NCBI GenBank assembly: GCA_964554655.1
Contig: CAZKPN010000006.1
Coordinates: forward strand, 19,909-83,908
Reading direction: 5' to 3'
DNA from: an uncultured Aquabacterium sp.
Lineage (GTDB): Bacteria > Pseudomonadota > Gammaproteobacteria > Burkholderiales > Burkholderiaceae_C
DNA length: 64,000 bases
A program made the translations under genes and the position numbers. Of this stretch, positions 1 through 12,485 are shown in pieces. The notes under the pieces are model-generated. The model was given only the letters and a program-made list of their open reading frames with translations, was not told the origin of the DNA and did no database searches. Within the stretch, counting starts at the first letter, position 1. Every line of letters begins with the position of its first letter.

Positions 1-1
1 C

Positions 2-2543
<2,542 letters not shown>

Positions 2544-2568
2544 GGGCTTGGGGCAGGTGCGATTTTCG

Positions 2569-2612
2569 TGGCTCCATCATTTTGCATGAATGTGGATCTT
2601 TTCATGGGGCCA
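2569..2612. promoter_or_regulatory. Probable MocR-regulator binding repeats
   Basis: TGGCTCCA (2569-2576), TGGATCTT (2593-2600) and TGGGGCCA (2605-2612) lie in the short divergent intergenic region. Clustered short repeats are typical of MocR operators; the assignment is inferred. Confidence 0.4.
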
Positions 2613-2661
2613 TGTTTTACCTATGGTTGAGGCTCACTCACGAACCAGGGATCACCACACC

Positions 2662-3318
2662 ATGACCACGACCTTTGCCCCGCCTCCCACCGAACGCAGC
2701 CGGGTCCGCCGCGCCGAAGACCGGGGGCACTACGACCACGCCACCATCCATGCCATCGTCGACGCCGCCTACCTGTGCCACGTGTCCTTCGTGGACGAAC
2801 GCGGCCCGCTGTGCCTGCCGACCGCAGTGTGGCGCGTGGACGACCACGTGCTGATCCACGGCTCCAACGGCAGCAAGATGATGAAGTCGCTGGCCCAAGG
2901 CACGCCCGCTTGCCTGGCCATCACGCACCTGGACGGCTTGGTCATGGCGCGGTCGGCGTTTTCGCACTCCATGAATTTCAGGTCGGTGGTCATCCACGGC
3001 ACGTTTGAGACGGTGCCCGATGAGGACAAGACCGAGGTGATGCACCGCTTGATGGACCACCTGGCACCCGGTCGCCGCCACGAAGCGCGCGCGCCCGACC
3101 GCAACGAGCTGGCCGCCACCACCGTGCTGCGCATGCCCTTGTTCGAAGCCGCCGCCAAGATCCGCGCCTGGGGTCCGAAGGACAAGGAGGAGGACTTGAC
3201 TCGGGCCGTGTGGGCTGGGGTGCTGCCCCTCCATCAAACCCGGCTCACGCCCTTGTCAGAGCCCCGCTGCCCCGCAGAGACACCGGCCTATGTGCAGCAG
3301 TGGGCCACGGGCACCTGA
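2662..3318 (+). CDS. Pyridoxamine 5'-phosphate oxidase-like FMN-binding protein (NimA/Pyridox_ox_2 type)
   Basis: RVRRAEDRGHYD, IHGSNGS, DGLVMARSAFSHSMNFRSVVIHG and WAGVLPL; divergent from a MocR regulator, a common pairing. Confidence 0.85.
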   Translation: MTTTFAPPPTERSRVRRAEDRGHYDHATIHAIVDAAYLCHVSFVDERGPLCLPTAVWRVDDHVLIHGSNGSKMMKSLAQGTPACLAITHLDGLVMARSAFSHSMNFRSVVIHGTFETVPDEDKTEVMHRLMDHLAPGRRHEARAPDRNELAATTVLRMPLFEAAAKIRAWGPKDKEEDLTRAVWAGVLPLHQTRLTPLSEPRCPAETPAYVQQWATGT

Positions 3319-3322
3319 GGCA

Positions 3323-4624
3323 TCACGCGCTCAAGGTGAGCATGGCCGCCGCCGCACCCACGCCGACCGCCATGCCCACCGCATAGCCTTTGACCACGGG
3401 CCCACCCATGGCCTTGCCGCCCGTGATCCAGGCCATCGCGCCCTTGGACACCATGTTGGCCAAGGTGGCCAGGCAGATCGCGGCAATCGTCGTGACCAGG
3501 GGCAAGCCACCGTCACCATGCAAGCGGGCCAGGGAGATCACGATGGCATCGACATCAGCCAGGCCGGACAGCGACGCCAGCGCATAGACGCCGCCGCTGC
3601 CCAGCCACTGCCTGGCGGCAGGCGCGAGGACCGCCATGACGGCCAGGTAAGCGCCAAAGCCCAAGGCCGCCCCCAGGTCAAACGTGGGCACCATGGGCTC
3701 GATGGCCTGGTCACCCGAAGCCTGGGACAAGCGGCGCCAGTGCCACAAGCCCAGCACCAGCAAGGTCACGCCCGACAAGATCAGCGGCACGCCCATGGCG
3801 GGCAGCAGCGCAGGCTGGACCAGGGCCACCAGCACAGCCATGCGCAGGAACATCACCCCGCACGCCGCCAAGGCACCGGACACCGCCACCCCCGACACCG
3901 CCGGATTGAGCCGCGCGTAGCGTGACAAGGCCAAGGTGGTGGCCGTGGACGACGCCAGTCCGCCCAGGATGCCGGTCCACAACATGCCTCGCCGCGGACC
4001 CGTGACCCGCATGGCGAGGTGCCCGGCGAGCGACAGACCCGCGATCAGCACCACCGCCCACCAAAGCTTGTAGGGGTTCAAGGCCTGGTAAGGACCAAAG
4101 CCGGCATCGGGCAGATTGGGCAGGATGACCACCGACAGCACCATCAACTGCAGGGCCGCCGTCAACTCGCGGTGCTCGATCAGGCGCAGCCAGCGGTGCA
4201 AGGTGGGCTTGAGGTTCAGCAACACCGCCACGATGACGGCACACGCCAAGGCCAGGGCCACGGCACCCCGCGCAGCGATGGCCCCCAGCACGATCGTCAG
4301 CAGCAGGGTCAGCGCGGTCGTGATGCTCAGGTTGCCCGACGAGGCCGAGGCCTGGCGGTAAGACACGGCCAACAGAATCGACACCCCAATGATCCCGGCC
4401 AGAATGGGCCACGCGCCGAACTCGGGCAACAAGCTGGCCAGCAAGCCCCCGAACAGGCCCGCCAGGGCAAAGGTTCGCAGGCCGGCCACTCGCCCGCCGT
4501 CGTTCAGCTCGCGGTCACGCCACCCCCGCTCCAGGCCGATCACCAGACCTGCGGCCAGGGACCCGACCAGATTCAGTGCTGTCGGCAGGCTCTCCAGGGC
4601 AATCGACGACGATGCGGTGGTCAT
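3323..4624 (-). CDS. MgtC/SapB-family membrane protein with C-terminal DUF4010
   Basis: GLVIGLERGW...AGLRTFALAG (MgtC motif), LNPYKLWWAVVLIAGLS, GGLASSTATT and SGLADVDAI; many TM segments. ATG 4624 overlaps the bioD stop (ATGA). Confidence 0.88.
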   Translation of the reverse strand: MTTASSSIALESLPTALNLVGSLAAGLVIGLERGWRDRELNDGGRVAGLRTFALAGLFGGLLASLLPEFGAWPILAGIIGVSILLAVSYRQASASSGNLSITTALTLLLTIVLGAIAARGAVALALACAVIVAVLLNLKPTLHRWLRLIEHRELTAALQLMVLSVVILPNLPDAGFGPYQALNPYKLWWAVVLIAGLSLAGHLAMRVTGPRRGMLWTGILGGLASSTATTLALSRYARLNPAVSGVAVSGALAACGVMFLRMAVLVALVQPALLPAMGVPLILSGVTLLVLGLWHWRRLSQASGDQAIEPMVPTFDLGAALGFGAYLAVMAVLAPAARQWLGSGGVYALASLSGLADVDAIVISLARLHGDGGLPLVTTIAAICLATLANMVSKGAMAWITGGKAMGGPVVKGYAVGMAVGVGAAAAMLTLSA

Positions 4625-5292
4625 GGCAGTTTGATCGTCAATCCGCAGGCCTCGACCTGAGGCGCCCACGCCCAATCGGCCAACATCGGCGCCTGCAGGC
4701 GCGAACGCAGGGTGTCCACATTGGCATCCGGCGCGATCATGCTGGGGTCAATGCGGTTGGCCACCCAGCCCGCCAGCGTGAGCCCACGCGACAAAATCGC
4801 TTCCTGCGTCAGCAAGGCATGGTTCAGGCAACCCAGGCGCACGCCCACCACCAGGATCACGGGCAGGCGCAACAGCACCGCCAGATCAGCGCTGGTGGCC
4901 GACTGGCCCTGGGCCTCCTGCAAGGGCACGATGAACCCCCCGGCCCCTTCCACCACCACCGCATCGGCCTGCTGCCGCAAGGCATGGAAACAGGCCGCGA
5001 TGTGCTCGATGTCGATGTCCACGCCTTCTTCGCGCGCCGCGATGTGGGGCGAGGCGGGCTGGCGCAGCAGATAAGGGTTGTCGTACAGCGCAGGCACTTG
5101 CACGGTCGATGCGGCGCGCAGCGCCAGCACGTCTTCGTTGGCCCACTCGCCATCGATCAGCTCGGTGCCGGCGGCCACGGGCTTCATCCCGATGACGCGC
5201 GCATGCCGGTGCTGCAAGGCATGCAGCAAGGCGCAAGACACGCGCGTTTTGCCCACGCCCGTGTCGGTGCCGGTGATGAACAACGCCGTCAT
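4621..5292 (-). CDS. bioD: Dethiobiotin synthetase
   Basis: FITGTDTGVGKT P-loop, MKPVAAG, VVEGAGG and LGCLNHALLT. Confidence 0.96.
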   Translation of the reverse strand: MTALFITGTDTGVGKTRVSCALLHALQHRHARVIGMKPVAAGTELIDGEWANEDVLALRAASTVQVPALYDNPYLLRQPASPHIAAREEGVDIDIEHIAACFHALRQQADAVVVEGAGGFIVPLQEAQGQSATSADLAVLLRLPVILVVGVRLGCLNHALLTQEAILSRGLTLAGWVANRIDPSMIAPDANVDTLRSRLQAPMLADWAWAPQVEACGLTIKLP

Positions 5293-6707
5293 GCCAGACG
5301 CTCGCCGGGGGCTGAAGACAAGACGGTCTCTTGGGCCAGCACCTGGTCCAGCGTGCGCAAGGTGCCCTCCACCAGGTGGACCATGTCGGCCTCGGTCAGC
5401 ACATAGGGCGGCATGAAATACAGCGAGTTGCCAATGGGGCGCAGCAGCAAGCCAGCGTCCAGGGCCGCGCGGTGAAAGCGCGCGGCAAAGGTGGCGTCGG
5501 TGGTGTCGATGTCCCAGGCCCAGATCATGCCAATGTGGCGGTGCGCTTTCACGCGGGGATGGCGAGTGAGTGGCTCGGCCAGCGTTGACAAGCGCAAGGC
5601 CGCCGCGCGGTTGCGGGCCAGCACGTCATCGTTCTCAAAGGTGTCCAGCACCGCCAGGGCCGCGCGGCACGCCAGCGCGTTGCCCGTGTAGGAATGCGAA
5701 TGCAAAAAACCATGCGCTGTGCGGTCATCCCAGAAGGCGGCGTAAACCTCGTCCGTGGTCAGCACCGCTGACAAGGGCAGCACGCCACCCGTCAGGCCTT
5801 TGCTCAGGCAGATGAAGTCCGGACGAATGGGCTGGCCATTCGCGTCCAGCGCCTGCTGGTGCGCGAACATCGTGCCGGTGCGCCCAAAGCCCACGGCGAT
5901 CTCATCGCAGATCAAATGCACCTGGTGCTGATCACACAGGGCACGCGCCGCGCTCAGGTAGCTGGGCGAATAGATGCCCATGCCCGCAGCGCCTTGCACC
6001 AAAGGCTCCAGGATCAAGGCAGCGGTCGATGCGTGGTGCTCGGCCAGGTGATCGGCCAGGGCTTGCACGCAAGCGGCGGTGTGCTGCTCAAGGCTGACGC
6101 CCTCCAACGCATGACGCGGATCGGGCGAAGGCAAGGTCGCGCTTAAGCGCAGCAGCGGCGCGTAGGCCTCGCGGAACAGGGGGATGTCGGTGACGGACAA
6201 GGCCCCGGCGGTCTCACCGTGGTAGCCGCCTTGCAGGCCGATGAAGCGGTGCTTGCCCGGCAGCCCCCGATTGCGCCAACTGTGCGCGCTCATCTTGAGG
6301 GCGATCTCGGTGGCACTGGCACCATCGCTGGCATAGAAAGCATGGCCCAGGCCGGTCAGCGCGCCCAGCCGCTCGGACAGCGCGACCACGGGTTCATGGG
6401 TCAGGCCGGCCAGCATGGTGTGGTCCAGCTTGCCCAACTGATCGGTGATCGCCTCGGTGATCGGCGCAAACCCATGGCCGAACAGATTGACCCACCACGA
6501 ACTGACCGCATCCAGGATGCGGTGCCCTTGCTCATCGATCAACCAGGGCCCCTCGCCACGCACGATGGCGCGCGGCGGGAAGTCGTCCAGCGCCTTCATC
6601 TGCGTGCAGGGGTGCCACACGGCGCGGCGGCTGCGTTCGGCCAGGCTGGCGGTCAGCACGGGGGGCGTGGCCACCTCAGTCTTGGGGCCGGTAAACACAG
6701 CGGTCAC
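5289..6707 (-). CDS. bioA: Adenosylmethionine-8-amino-7-oxononanoate aminotransferase
   Basis: VWHPCTQMK, DAVSSWWVNLFGH, GYHGET, DEIAVGFGRTG and SKGLTGG (PLP Lys). The start may instead be GTG 6674. Confidence 0.95.
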   Translation of the reverse strand: MTAVFTGPKTEVATPPVLTASLAERSRRAVWHPCTQMKALDDFPPRAIVRGEGPWLIDEQGHRILDAVSSWWVNLFGHGFAPITEAITDQLGKLDHTMLAGLTHEPVVALSERLGALTGLGHAFYASDGASATEIALKMSAHSWRNRGLPGKHRFIGLQGGYHGETAGALSVTDIPLFREAYAPLLRLSATLPSPDPRHALEGVSLEQHTAACVQALADHLAEHHASTAALILEPLVQGAAGMGIYSPSYLSAARALCDQHQVHLICDEIAVGFGRTGTMFAHQQALDANGQPIRPDFICLSKGLTGGVLPLSAVLTTDEVYAAFWDDRTAHGFLHSHSYTGNALACRAALAVLDTFENDDVLARNRAAALRLSTLAEPLTRHPRVKAHRHIGMIWAWDIDTTDATFAARFHRAALDAGLLLRPIGNSLYFMPPYVLTEADMVHLVEGTLRTLDQVLAQETVLSSAPGERLA

Positions 6708-7047
6708 CGGCCGCGCGCGACACGCTCACCATGCTCACTTGCGCGATGCGCGCACTCACCTGGCCAAAGATGAACACGCACAGGTTCTCCAGCGTGGGCG
6801 TCCCCAGGCCCGCCACCTCGTCCAGAAAGTGGTGGTCAAGCTGGCTGCGCACCTCGGCCAGCGCCGCGCGCAGCACGGCCAGGTCCACCACCATGCCAGT
6901 GTCCGGGAGGCGGGGCCCGCACACCGCCACTTCAGCGGTGTAGGTGTGCCCGTGGATGCGGCGACTGCTCGCGGCCTCTTCAGGCGACACATGCCGCTTG
7001 AGCGTGTGGGCCGCGTCAAAGGTGAAAGTCTGGCTCAGTTCAAACAT
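6676..7047 (-). CDS. queD: 6-carboxy-5,6,7,8-tetrahydropterin synthase (PTPS/QueD family), Ser in place of the usual Cys
   Basis: FDAAHTL, SRRIHGHTY, GMVVDL, LDHHFLDEV and PTLENL; directly downstream of queE. Confidence 0.85.
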   Translation of the reverse strand: MFELSQTFTFDAAHTLKRHVSPEEAASSRRIHGHTYTAEVAVCGPRLPDTGMVVDLAVLRAALAEVRSQLDHHFLDEVAGLGTPTLENLCVFIFGQVSARIAQVSMVSVSRAAGDRCVYRPQD

Positions 7048-7061
7048 GAAATCTTCTTCTC

Positions 7062-7724
7062 TCAGCGGATGCCCAAGGTCTTGTGGGTCTGCACGCTGAG
7101 CATCCAGCGCGGGTTGTCCAGGCACCATTGCACCGCCCATTCCATGGCCGAGCGGCGTGCCATGGGCTGTGCACTGTCCATGGCCTGCACGCGCCTTTGC
7201 TCAAAGTCCAGGGCTTCCATGGCTTTCAGGTCCGCCGTGCTGAACCCGCTTTGGGGCACGACCACTTTAAGCTCGTGGCCGCTTTTTTGCACCAAGGTTG
7301 ACCCGGCCTTGGGGCTCACGCAGATCCAGTCCAGGCCAGCAGGCGCAGCGATCGTGCCATTGGTCTCGACCGCGATCATGAAGCCTTGCGCGTGCAGGGC
7401 GTCGATCAATTCGGCATCGACCTGCAGCAAAGGCTCGCCTCCGGTGAGTACCACAAAGCGTCTGTCATCGGCCGACTCGGAGCCCGATGGCCAAAAAGTC
7501 GCGATGCGCTCGGCCAACTGTGCGGCCGTGGCAAATTTGCCGCCACCCAAACCATCGGTGCCCACGAACTCGGTGTCGCAAAACTGGCAAACGGCCTGCG
7601 CCCGGTCGGCCTCGCGGCCCGTCCACAAATTGCAACCCGCAAACCGGCAAAACACCGCCGGGCGTCCTGCATGGGTGCCCTCGCCCTGCAGGGTGTAGAA
7701 CATTTCCTTGATGCTGTAGCTCAT
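7062..7724 (-). CDS. queE: 7-carboxy-7-deazaguanine synthase (short Burkholderia-type radical SAM)
   Basis: YSIKEMFYTLQGEG, Cx14Cx2C cluster motif (CNLWTGREADRAQAVCQFC), TGGEPLLQ and LSVQTHK. Confidence 0.95.
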   Translation of the reverse strand: MSYSIKEMFYTLQGEGTHAGRPAVFCRFAGCNLWTGREADRAQAVCQFCDTEFVGTDGLGGGKFATAAQLAERIATFWPSGSESADDRRFVVLTGGEPLLQVDAELIDALHAQGFMIAVETNGTIAAPAGLDWICVSPKAGSTLVQKSGHELKVVVPQSGFSTADLKAMEALDFEQRRVQAMDSAQPMARRSAMEWAVQWCLDNPRWMLSVQTHKTLGIR

Positions 7725-7728
7725 GGTC

Positions 7729-7998
7729 TCAACGCAATCCTGTCCACCAGACGGTCAAGCTCGACGCCAGCACCAAGGCAGCGTACGTGGCCATGGCGCC
7801 GTCGCGCCCCAACACAATCAGTCCGGCCATCAGCACCAGGGCATTGACCCCGGCCACCCAGGTCACCTGGCGTGCAAAACCCGCCGGTTTGAGCGCACGC
7901 CACCACACCAGGCGAGCCAAAGCGGGTAAAAGCAGTGCCATGCCCAAGGCTGGCAGGAAAAAATTCACCATGTGGATCAAAGCATCCAGCAAGCTCAT
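7729..7998 (-). CDS. Small hydrophobic membrane protein (89 aa, about 3 TM), unknown function
   Basis: MSLLDALIHMVNFFLPALG...WWTGLR. It ends 4 nt before the queE start and is divergent from hemA. Confidence 0.7.
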   Translation of the reverse strand: MSLLDALIHMVNFFLPALGMALLLPALARLVWWRALKPAGFARQVTWVAGVNALVLMAGLIVLGRDGAMATYAALVLASSLTVWWTGLR

Positions 7999-8047
7999 TG
8001 AACGCCTTCGCAACATCAAAAAACCCTCGATTTTATAATCCCCGGAT

Positions 8048-9373
8048 ATGACCGTCCTGACCCTGGGTTTGAACCACACCACCGCCGCCGTCGATTTGCG
8101 AGGTCGGTTCGCGTTTGCCGTCGACCAATTGGCCCCGGCGCTCAAGGTTTTGCACACCCGTTTATCCGGCGTGCCGCAGTCGTCCGCCCAGCCAGAAGTG
8201 GCCCTGCTGTCCACCTGCAACCGCACCGAACTGTATTGCGCCCTGGGCGGCAGTTGGGGCGGGGGCCGCGCCGGCAACCTGCAGCACGCCGCCGTCGATT
8301 GGCTGGCCAACACAGGTGGGGTGGGCCACGATGAACTGCTGCGCCACACCTACGTGCTGGAAGGGGGCGCCGCAGCCCGACACGCCTTCCGCGTCGCCAG
8401 CGGGCTCGATTCCATGGTGCTGGGCGAACCCCAGATCCTCGGCCAGATGAAGCAGGCCGTGCGCGAGGCCGACGCCGCCGGCACCCTGGGCACCACCCTG
8501 CACCAATTGTTCCAGCGCTCCTTCGCCGTGGCCAAGGAAGTGCGCACGTCCACAGAAATCGGAGCCCACTCCATCAGCATGGCCGCCGCCGCCGTGCGCC
8601 TGGCCAGCCAGTTGTTCGAAGACCTGGGCAAGACCAAGATCCTGTTCGTGGGCGCTGGCGAGATGATCGAACTCACCGCCACGCACTTTGCGGGCCGCGC
8701 CCCGCGTGGCATGGCCGTGGCCAACCGCACCCTGGAGCGCGGTGAAAAACTCGCCAACCACCTGGGCGCCCAAGCCCTGCGCCTGGCCGACCTGCCCGAT
8801 CGCTTGCACGAGTTCGACATCGTCGTCTCCTGCACCGCCAGCTCCCTGCCCATCATCGGCCTGGGCGCCGTCGAACGTGCCCTCAAGGCCCGCAAACGCC
8901 GCCCCATCTTCATGGTGGACCTGGCCGTGCCGCGCGACATCGAACCCGAAGTGGCCGAGCTGGACGACGTCTACCTGTACACCGTCGACGACCTGAGCGC
9001 CCTGGTGCAAACCGCCAGCGAGAAGCGCCTGGCCGCCGTCACCCAGGCCGAGGCCATCATCGAAACCGGCGTGCAGGGCTTCGTCCATTGGCTGGACCAG
9101 CGCACCACCGTGCCCCTGATCCAGGCCCTCAACTCACAGGCCGATGCGTGGCGCGCGGCTGAAATCGCCCGCGCCCGCAAAATGCTCGCCAAAGGCGAGG
9201 ACATCGAAGCCGTGCTCGACACACTTTCAAGAGGATTGACCCAGAAAATGCTGCATGGCGCCATGGCCGAACTGCACAGTGCCGACACCCAGCAGCGGCC
9301 CCAAGTGGCGGCCTCGCTGGCGCGCCTCTTCTTGCGCGGCGACGTGAGCCCCCTCAAGAAAGACACACCGTGA
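8048..9373 (+). CDS. hemA: Glutamyl-tRNA reductase
   Basis: GLNHTTA, STCNRTE (catalytic Cys), [21 protein letters not shown] and DLAVPRDI. Confidence 0.98.
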   Translation: MTVLTLGLNHTTAAVDLRGRFAFAVDQLAPALKVLHTRLSGVPQSSAQPEVALLSTCNRTELYCALGGSWGGGRAGNLQHAAVDWLANTGGVGHDELLRHTYVLEGGAAARHAFRVASGLDSMVLGEPQILGQMKQAVREADAAGTLGTTLHQLFQRSFAVAKEVRTSTEIGAHSISMAAAAVRLASQLFEDLGKTKILFVGAGEMIELTATHFAGRAPRGMAVANRTLERGEKLANHLGAQALRLADLPDRLHEFDIVVSCTASSLPIIGLGAVERALKARKRRPIFMVDLAVPRDIEPEVAELDDVYLYTVDDLSALVQTASEKRLAAVTQAEAIIETGVQGFVHWLDQRTTVPLIQALNSQADAWRAAEIARARKMLAKGEDIEAVLDTLSRGLTQKMLHGAMAELHSADTQQRPQVAASLARLFLRGDVSPLKKDTP

Positions 9374-10482
9374 GCGGCGGCCTCGCTCCCTCGCTGGCCT
9401 CCTCCCTCGAACGCCTGGCCCTGCGCCTCCGAGAGCTGGACGCCGCCCTGTCCGACCCTTTGGTGGCCGCCGACAACAAACGCTACCGTGAGCTGTCCCG
9501 CGAGCATTCGGAAGTCAGCAGCGTGTGCGACATGGCCCAGCGCCACGCCCAGCGCAGCGACGACCTGGCCACCGCCCGCCAGATGCTGATGGATTCCGCC
9601 AACGACGCCGACATGCGCGCCATGGCGCAAGAAGAAATCACCCAGGCCGAAGCCGACATCGCCCGCGTCGAAGCCGAGCTGCAAACTGCCCTGCTGCCCA
9701 AGGACCCCGACGACGCCCGCAACGCCTTCGTCGAAATCCGCGCGGGCACCGGCGGTGACGAATCGGCCCTCTTCGCGGGCGACCTGACCCGCATGTACAC
9801 CCGCCATGCCGAACGCCAAGGCTGGCGCTGTGAAGTCATGTCCGCCAACGAATCCGACCTGGGCGGCTACAAGGAAATCGTCCTGCGCTTCGAAGGCGCT
9901 GGTGTCTACGGCCAGCTCAAGTTCGAATCCGGCGGCCACCGCGTGCAGCGCGTGCCCGCCACTGAAACCCAAGGCCGCATCCACACCAGCGCCTGCACCG
10001 TGGCCGTGCTGCCTGAGCCCGACGAAGCCGAAGAGATCACCATCAACCCGGCCGACCTGCGCATCGACACCTACCGCGCCAGCGGCGCCGGCGGCCAGCA
10101 CATCAACAAGACCGACTCGGCCGTGCGCGTCACCCACCTGCCCACCGGCATCGTCGCCGAGTGCCAGGACGACCGCAGCCAGCACCGCAACAAGGCCAAG
10201 GCCCTGGCCGTGCTCAGCGCCCGCATCAACGACCGCGAACGCAGCGAGCGCCAGGCCAAGGAAGCCGCCACCCGCAAAGGCCTGGTCGGCACCGGCGACC
10301 GCTCCGACCGCATCCGCACCTACAACTTCCCGCAGGGCCGCTTCACCGACCACCGCATCAACCTGACGCTCTACAAGCTGCTGGCCATCATGGAAGGCGA
10401 CCTGGACGACGTCATCGCCGCCCTGATCACCGCCCAGGCCGCCGAGCAACTGGCCGAGCTGGAAGCCGCCACCGGTGTCTGA
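9370..10482 (+). CDS. prfA: Peptide chain release factor 1
   Basis: VPATETQGR (PxT), [13 protein letters not shown] (GGQ) and RIRTYNFPQ. Confidence 0.98.
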   Translation: MSGGLAPSLASSLERLALRLRELDAALSDPLVAADNKRYRELSREHSEVSSVCDMAQRHAQRSDDLATARQMLMDSANDADMRAMAQEEITQAEADIARVEAELQTALLPKDPDDARNAFVEIRAGTGGDESALFAGDLTRMYTRHAERQGWRCEVMSANESDLGGYKEIVLRFEGAGVYGQLKFESGGHRVQRVPATETQGRIHTSACTVAVLPEPDEAEEITINPADLRIDTYRASGAGGQHINKTDSAVRVTHLPTGIVAECQDDRSQHRNKAKALAVLSARINDRERSERQAKEAATRKGLVGTGDRSDRIRTYNFPQGRFTDHRINLTLYKLLAIMEGDLDDVIAALITAQAAEQLAELEAATGV

Positions 10483-11305
10483 GCCCCAGCCCACCCTCAC
10501 CGTGGCGGCCGCCTTGCAGCAAGCCCGCCAACTGGGCGTGGACCGCCTGGACGCCCAGATTTTGCTGAGCACCGCCTTGCAGCGCCCGCGCAGTTGGCTC
10601 CTGGCCCACGACCAGGACGCCTTGCCACCCGAACAAGCCGATCAGTTCATGGCCTGGACCCAGCGCCGCGCCCAGGGCGAGCCCCTGGCCTACCTGCTGG
10701 GCGACAAAGAGTTCTACGGCCTGACCTTGCGCGTCAGCCCCGATGTGCTGATTCCCCGGCCCGACACCGAAACCCTGGTCGACTGGGCCCTGGCACTCAT
10801 CCCCGCACAGCCGGGCTTCAGTGTGCTGGACTTGGGCACCGGCAGTGGCGCCATCGCCCTGGCCTTGCAGCACCAACGCCCCCATGCCCAGATCACCGCC
10901 GTGGACGCCAGCCCGGCCGCCCTGGCCATCGCGCAGGCCAACGCCCAGCAATTGGCCCTGCCCGTGGAAAACCTGCAAGGATCATGGTTCGAACCCGTGG
11001 CCACACGCCAGTTCGACCTCATCGTCAGCAACCCACCCTACATCGCCGAAAACGACGAACATCTGCAAGCCCTGGCCTTTGAGCCAAAGCGAGCGCTCAC
11101 ATCGGGCGTGGATGGCCTCGACGATCTGCGCCTGATCATTTCAAAGGCCCCGCTGCATCTCAACGCTGGCGGCTGGCTGCTGCTGGAACATGGCCACGAC
11201 CAGGCCGTCGCCGTGGCCAGCCTGCTGGAAGCCCAAGGATTCAGCCAAATCAGCACCCGGCTCGACCTGGGCGGTAACCCGCGGTGCACCGGCGGGAAGG
11301 CTTAG
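10475..11305 (+). CDS. prmC: Release factor glutamine methyltransferase
   Basis: [16 protein letters not shown] and VSNPPY; follows prfA. Confidence 0.97.
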   Translation: MSEPQPTLTVAAALQQARQLGVDRLDAQILLSTALQRPRSWLLAHDQDALPPEQADQFMAWTQRRAQGEPLAYLLGDKEFYGLTLRVSPDVLIPRPDTETLVDWALALIPAQPGFSVLDLGTGSGAIALALQHQRPHAQITAVDASPAALAIAQANAQQLALPVENLQGSWFEPVATRQFDLIVSNPPYIAENDEHLQALAFEPKRALTSGVDGLDDLRLIISKAPLHLNAGGWLLLEHGHDQAVAVASLLEAQGFSQISTRLDLGGNPRCTGGKA

Positions 11306-11405
11306 CAAATTCACGTCACCTTGTAAATTGGTGGTACGAACGCTAACAACTCTATTCCCCAAAACGAGCCGGGCGGCGTAGCATCAAATCGTTCTTCAGG
11401 AGCTT

Positions 11406-12107
11406 TTGATGTTCCGCCTAACCGCCCCGCCCCACCTTTTCCGCTGCCTCTTCACCGCCTGCGCCTTGGCAGCTTCGGGTACGCACGCGCAAATGGTGCC
11501 GCAGCCGCAGCATTTGCTGCGCTCGGCTACAGCGGTGGATCACGGCAAGGGCCTCAGCCTGAACGGACAGCAATTCTGGCCCCACTGGGAAGGCCGCATC
11601 GGCGTCGTCATGGACCGCGCCTACGACCCCCTCAAAGACTCTTTTGTGCTCGCGCAGCCCGTGCCTTCCAGCGGCCTGAGCATGCGCAGCGCCCATGTGC
11701 TGTCCGACTATTACTTTTCGGGTGGTTTTCGCGCCACGGTCGGCCTGGTGCGGGGCTCAGTCACCCAGGCCTCCTGGTCCGACGGCACCGACGACACCAT
11801 TGGCAGCGGCCTGAACCTGAGCCTCCAGCGCATCGACAACCTGAACCTGGGCGACACCAGAGGCCAGTCTTTTGATGGCGAAAACCGCACCCTGCCCTAT
11901 GTGGGCGCCGGTTACGCCGCCAGCCTGGGAGCCCCTGGCAGCGAAAGCATGTGGCGCTTCAATGCCGACCTGGGCATCATTTCGGTCAATTCCAACAACA
12001 TTGGCCGCATTTCCCGCGCGCTGCAAGGCGAAGCAGGGCTGGACGAAATCGTGCGCGACCTGCGCCTTCGCCCCGTGATCAAGGTCTCTGTGCGCTACGC
12101 CTTCTGA
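11406..12107 (+). CDS. Predicted exported outer-membrane beta-barrel protein, unknown function
   Basis: Signal-peptide-like N-terminus (LFTACALAASGTHA), amphipathic strands (DYYFSGGFRATVG, PYVGAGY, RFNADLG) and a C-terminal BAM-type signature (VSVRYAF). Confidence 0.65.
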   Translation: MMFRLTAPPHLFRCLFTACALAASGTHAQMVPQPQHLLRSATAVDHGKGLSLNGQQFWPHWEGRIGVVMDRAYDPLKDSFVLAQPVPSSGLSMRSAHVLSDYYFSGGFRATVGLVRGSVTQASWSDGTDDTIGSGLNLSLQRIDNLNLGDTRGQSFDGENRTLPYVGAGYAASLGAPGSESMWRFNADLGIISVNSNNIGRISRALQGEAGLDEIVRDLRLRPVIKVSVRYAF

Positions 12108-12167
12108 ATTTGCCAAGGCCTGATATAAACAGGCTCTTGTTCCCAATTCAGCCAAGCGCAAATTCCC

Positions 12168-12485
12168 ATGAGTGACGTTCAACAACGCATTGACTCCCTG
12201 GTCAAAGGCCACCGTGTGGTGCTGTTCATGAAGGGCACCGCCCAGTTCCCACAGTGTGGGTTTTCGGGGCGCGCCATCCAGATCCTCAAAGCCTGCGGGG
12301 TCACCGACCTGCAAACCGTCAACGTCCTGGAAGACGAAGGCATCCGCCAAGGCATCAAGGACTACGCCAACTGGCCCACCATTCCCCAGCTGTACGTGGG
12401 TGGCGAGTTCATTGGTGGCTCGGACATCATGACGGAGATGTACCAGGCCGGCGAGCTTCAGCAGGTCTTGACCCCAGGCCAGTGA
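12168..12485 (+). CDS. grxD: Monothiol glutaredoxin Grx4
   Basis: LFMKGT, CGFS active site, WPTIPQLY and GGSDI. Confidence 0.97.
   Translation: MSDVQQRIDSLVKGHRVVLFMKGTAQFPQCGFSGRAIQILKACGVTDLQTVNVLEDEGIRQGIKDYANWPTIPQLYVGGEFIGGSDIMTEMYQAGELQQVLTPGQ

Noticed and set aside
8236-8290. Gly-rich loop in HemA ([13 protein letters not shown]) with a weak GTTG...CAAC inverted repeat and TTGGGGCGG
   Set aside because: Only partial similarity to the liuD element and no clear terminal repeat; could be ordinary loop variation.
12115-12140. GCCTG-ATATAAA-CAGGC inverted repeat before grxD, resembling an SOS box
   Set aside because: CTG-N7-CAG does not match the LexA CTG-N10-CAG spacing, and it has no U-tract; it cannot be assigned.
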